DNA of 64,000 nucleotides from Escherichia coli (GTDB lineage Bacteria; Pseudomonadota; Gammaproteobacteria; Enterobacterales; Enterobacteriaceae): NCBI RefSeq assembly GCF_003018255.1, contig NZ_CP027440.1; one strand, 5' to 3'. Shown piece by piece: positions 62,351 to 64,000 of this stretch (position 1 is its first letter; each line of letters starts with the position of its first letter). The notes under the pieces were generated by a model. It saw only the letters and a program-made list of their open reading frames with translations, ran no database searches and was not told where the DNA came from. The position numbers and the translations under genes were made by a program.

Positions 62351-62395
62351 AAAAAAAGCCGCTGGGGTTTAAAACACCCCCAGCGGCTCGTTTTT
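62351..62395 (-). terminator. intrinsic terminator downstream of lrhA
   Basis: A8-GCCGCTGGGG-tttaaaaca-CCCCAGCGGC-TCGTTTTT; on the minus strand the hairpin is followed by a T8 tract. Confidence 0.6.
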
Positions 62396-62431
62396 ACACT
62401 ATTGTCTCAGAAATTATCTATGGTCCGTCGA

Positions 62432-63373
<942 letters not shown>

Positions 63374-64000
63374 TTATCACTTACTGGCGGCTCATACTGA
63401 GCTGGTTAATGCTGTGCACACACAAACAAGCAATTCCATTTGTAATGTGCCTCCCTGGCAGTTTCATCCGGAACCCGGACGAAAGTAAAAATGCATATGA
63501 GTTGCACTAAAAAAGCGACTCACATTGTTCCGTTATAATGCCTGAAGTAGATCACAGAATATATCTTCAGGAATCGCATATCTATTAAGTTACTCACTCT
63601 TTTGTATTTATGACATGCGCGTGTTTGTATAAATGTAAATGTGAGTCCTTGTTCCACTCTCGTGCAGCATCGCTGGTCATACGCGAACACGTACAAACAG
63701 CAATGGTGAGGCGGCATCAAGAGCAGGGATCCGTCATTTATGCGAGCATTTTACCCCAAAAACCTTTTATTTATAAGGGTCATTGCGAATTATCTGATGC
63801 AAAGTTATGTTATGTTAGGCAAAGTAATCTTCTATTATTAATAAGCACAACAAAACCTTTTTGAATATTAAATAATAATTAATTAGCATCATCCTCATAC
63901 ATTAATCCCGCTTAACAATAGTTTCACACCTTGCACCCATTACGACACCTCGGAAATCATCACGCTGTTAAACTCTCCGTAATGCGGAAATATCATCATC

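Overview
This window reads as a contiguous Escherichia coli chromosomal segment (identified by recognising the translated ORFs, no database search run), in the order yfaA'(partial)-gyrA-ubiG-yfaL-nrdAB-yfaE-inaA-glpQT / glpACB-yfaD(rpnE)-ypaA-rhmA-rhmT'-rhmR'-yfaY-yfaZ-nudI-ais / arnBCADTEF-pmrD-menECBHDF-elaB-elaA-rbn-yfbL-yfbM-nuoNMLKJIHGFECBA-lrhA. Almost all of it is well-characterised core genome, and I found no CRISPR array, IS element, integron or prophage. It is not K-12-like at three small accessory spots, judged against my recollection of the K-12 gene order: the rhm operon appears to lack rhmD with truncated rhmT and rhmR, elaD/yfbK are absent between rbn and yfbL, and yfbNOP are absent between yfbM and nuoN. 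The most interesting locus is the Rpn-family gene yfaD/rpnE: it carries an in-frame amber codon, an internal SD-preceded in-frame start that would give a short C-terminal protein, and a free-standing near-duplicate of that tail (ypaA, 57 aa) immediately downstream. I see no clearly new multi-gene system; the candidates worth follow-up are the Rpn locus and the short SD-preceded ORF in the rbn-yfbL spacer.
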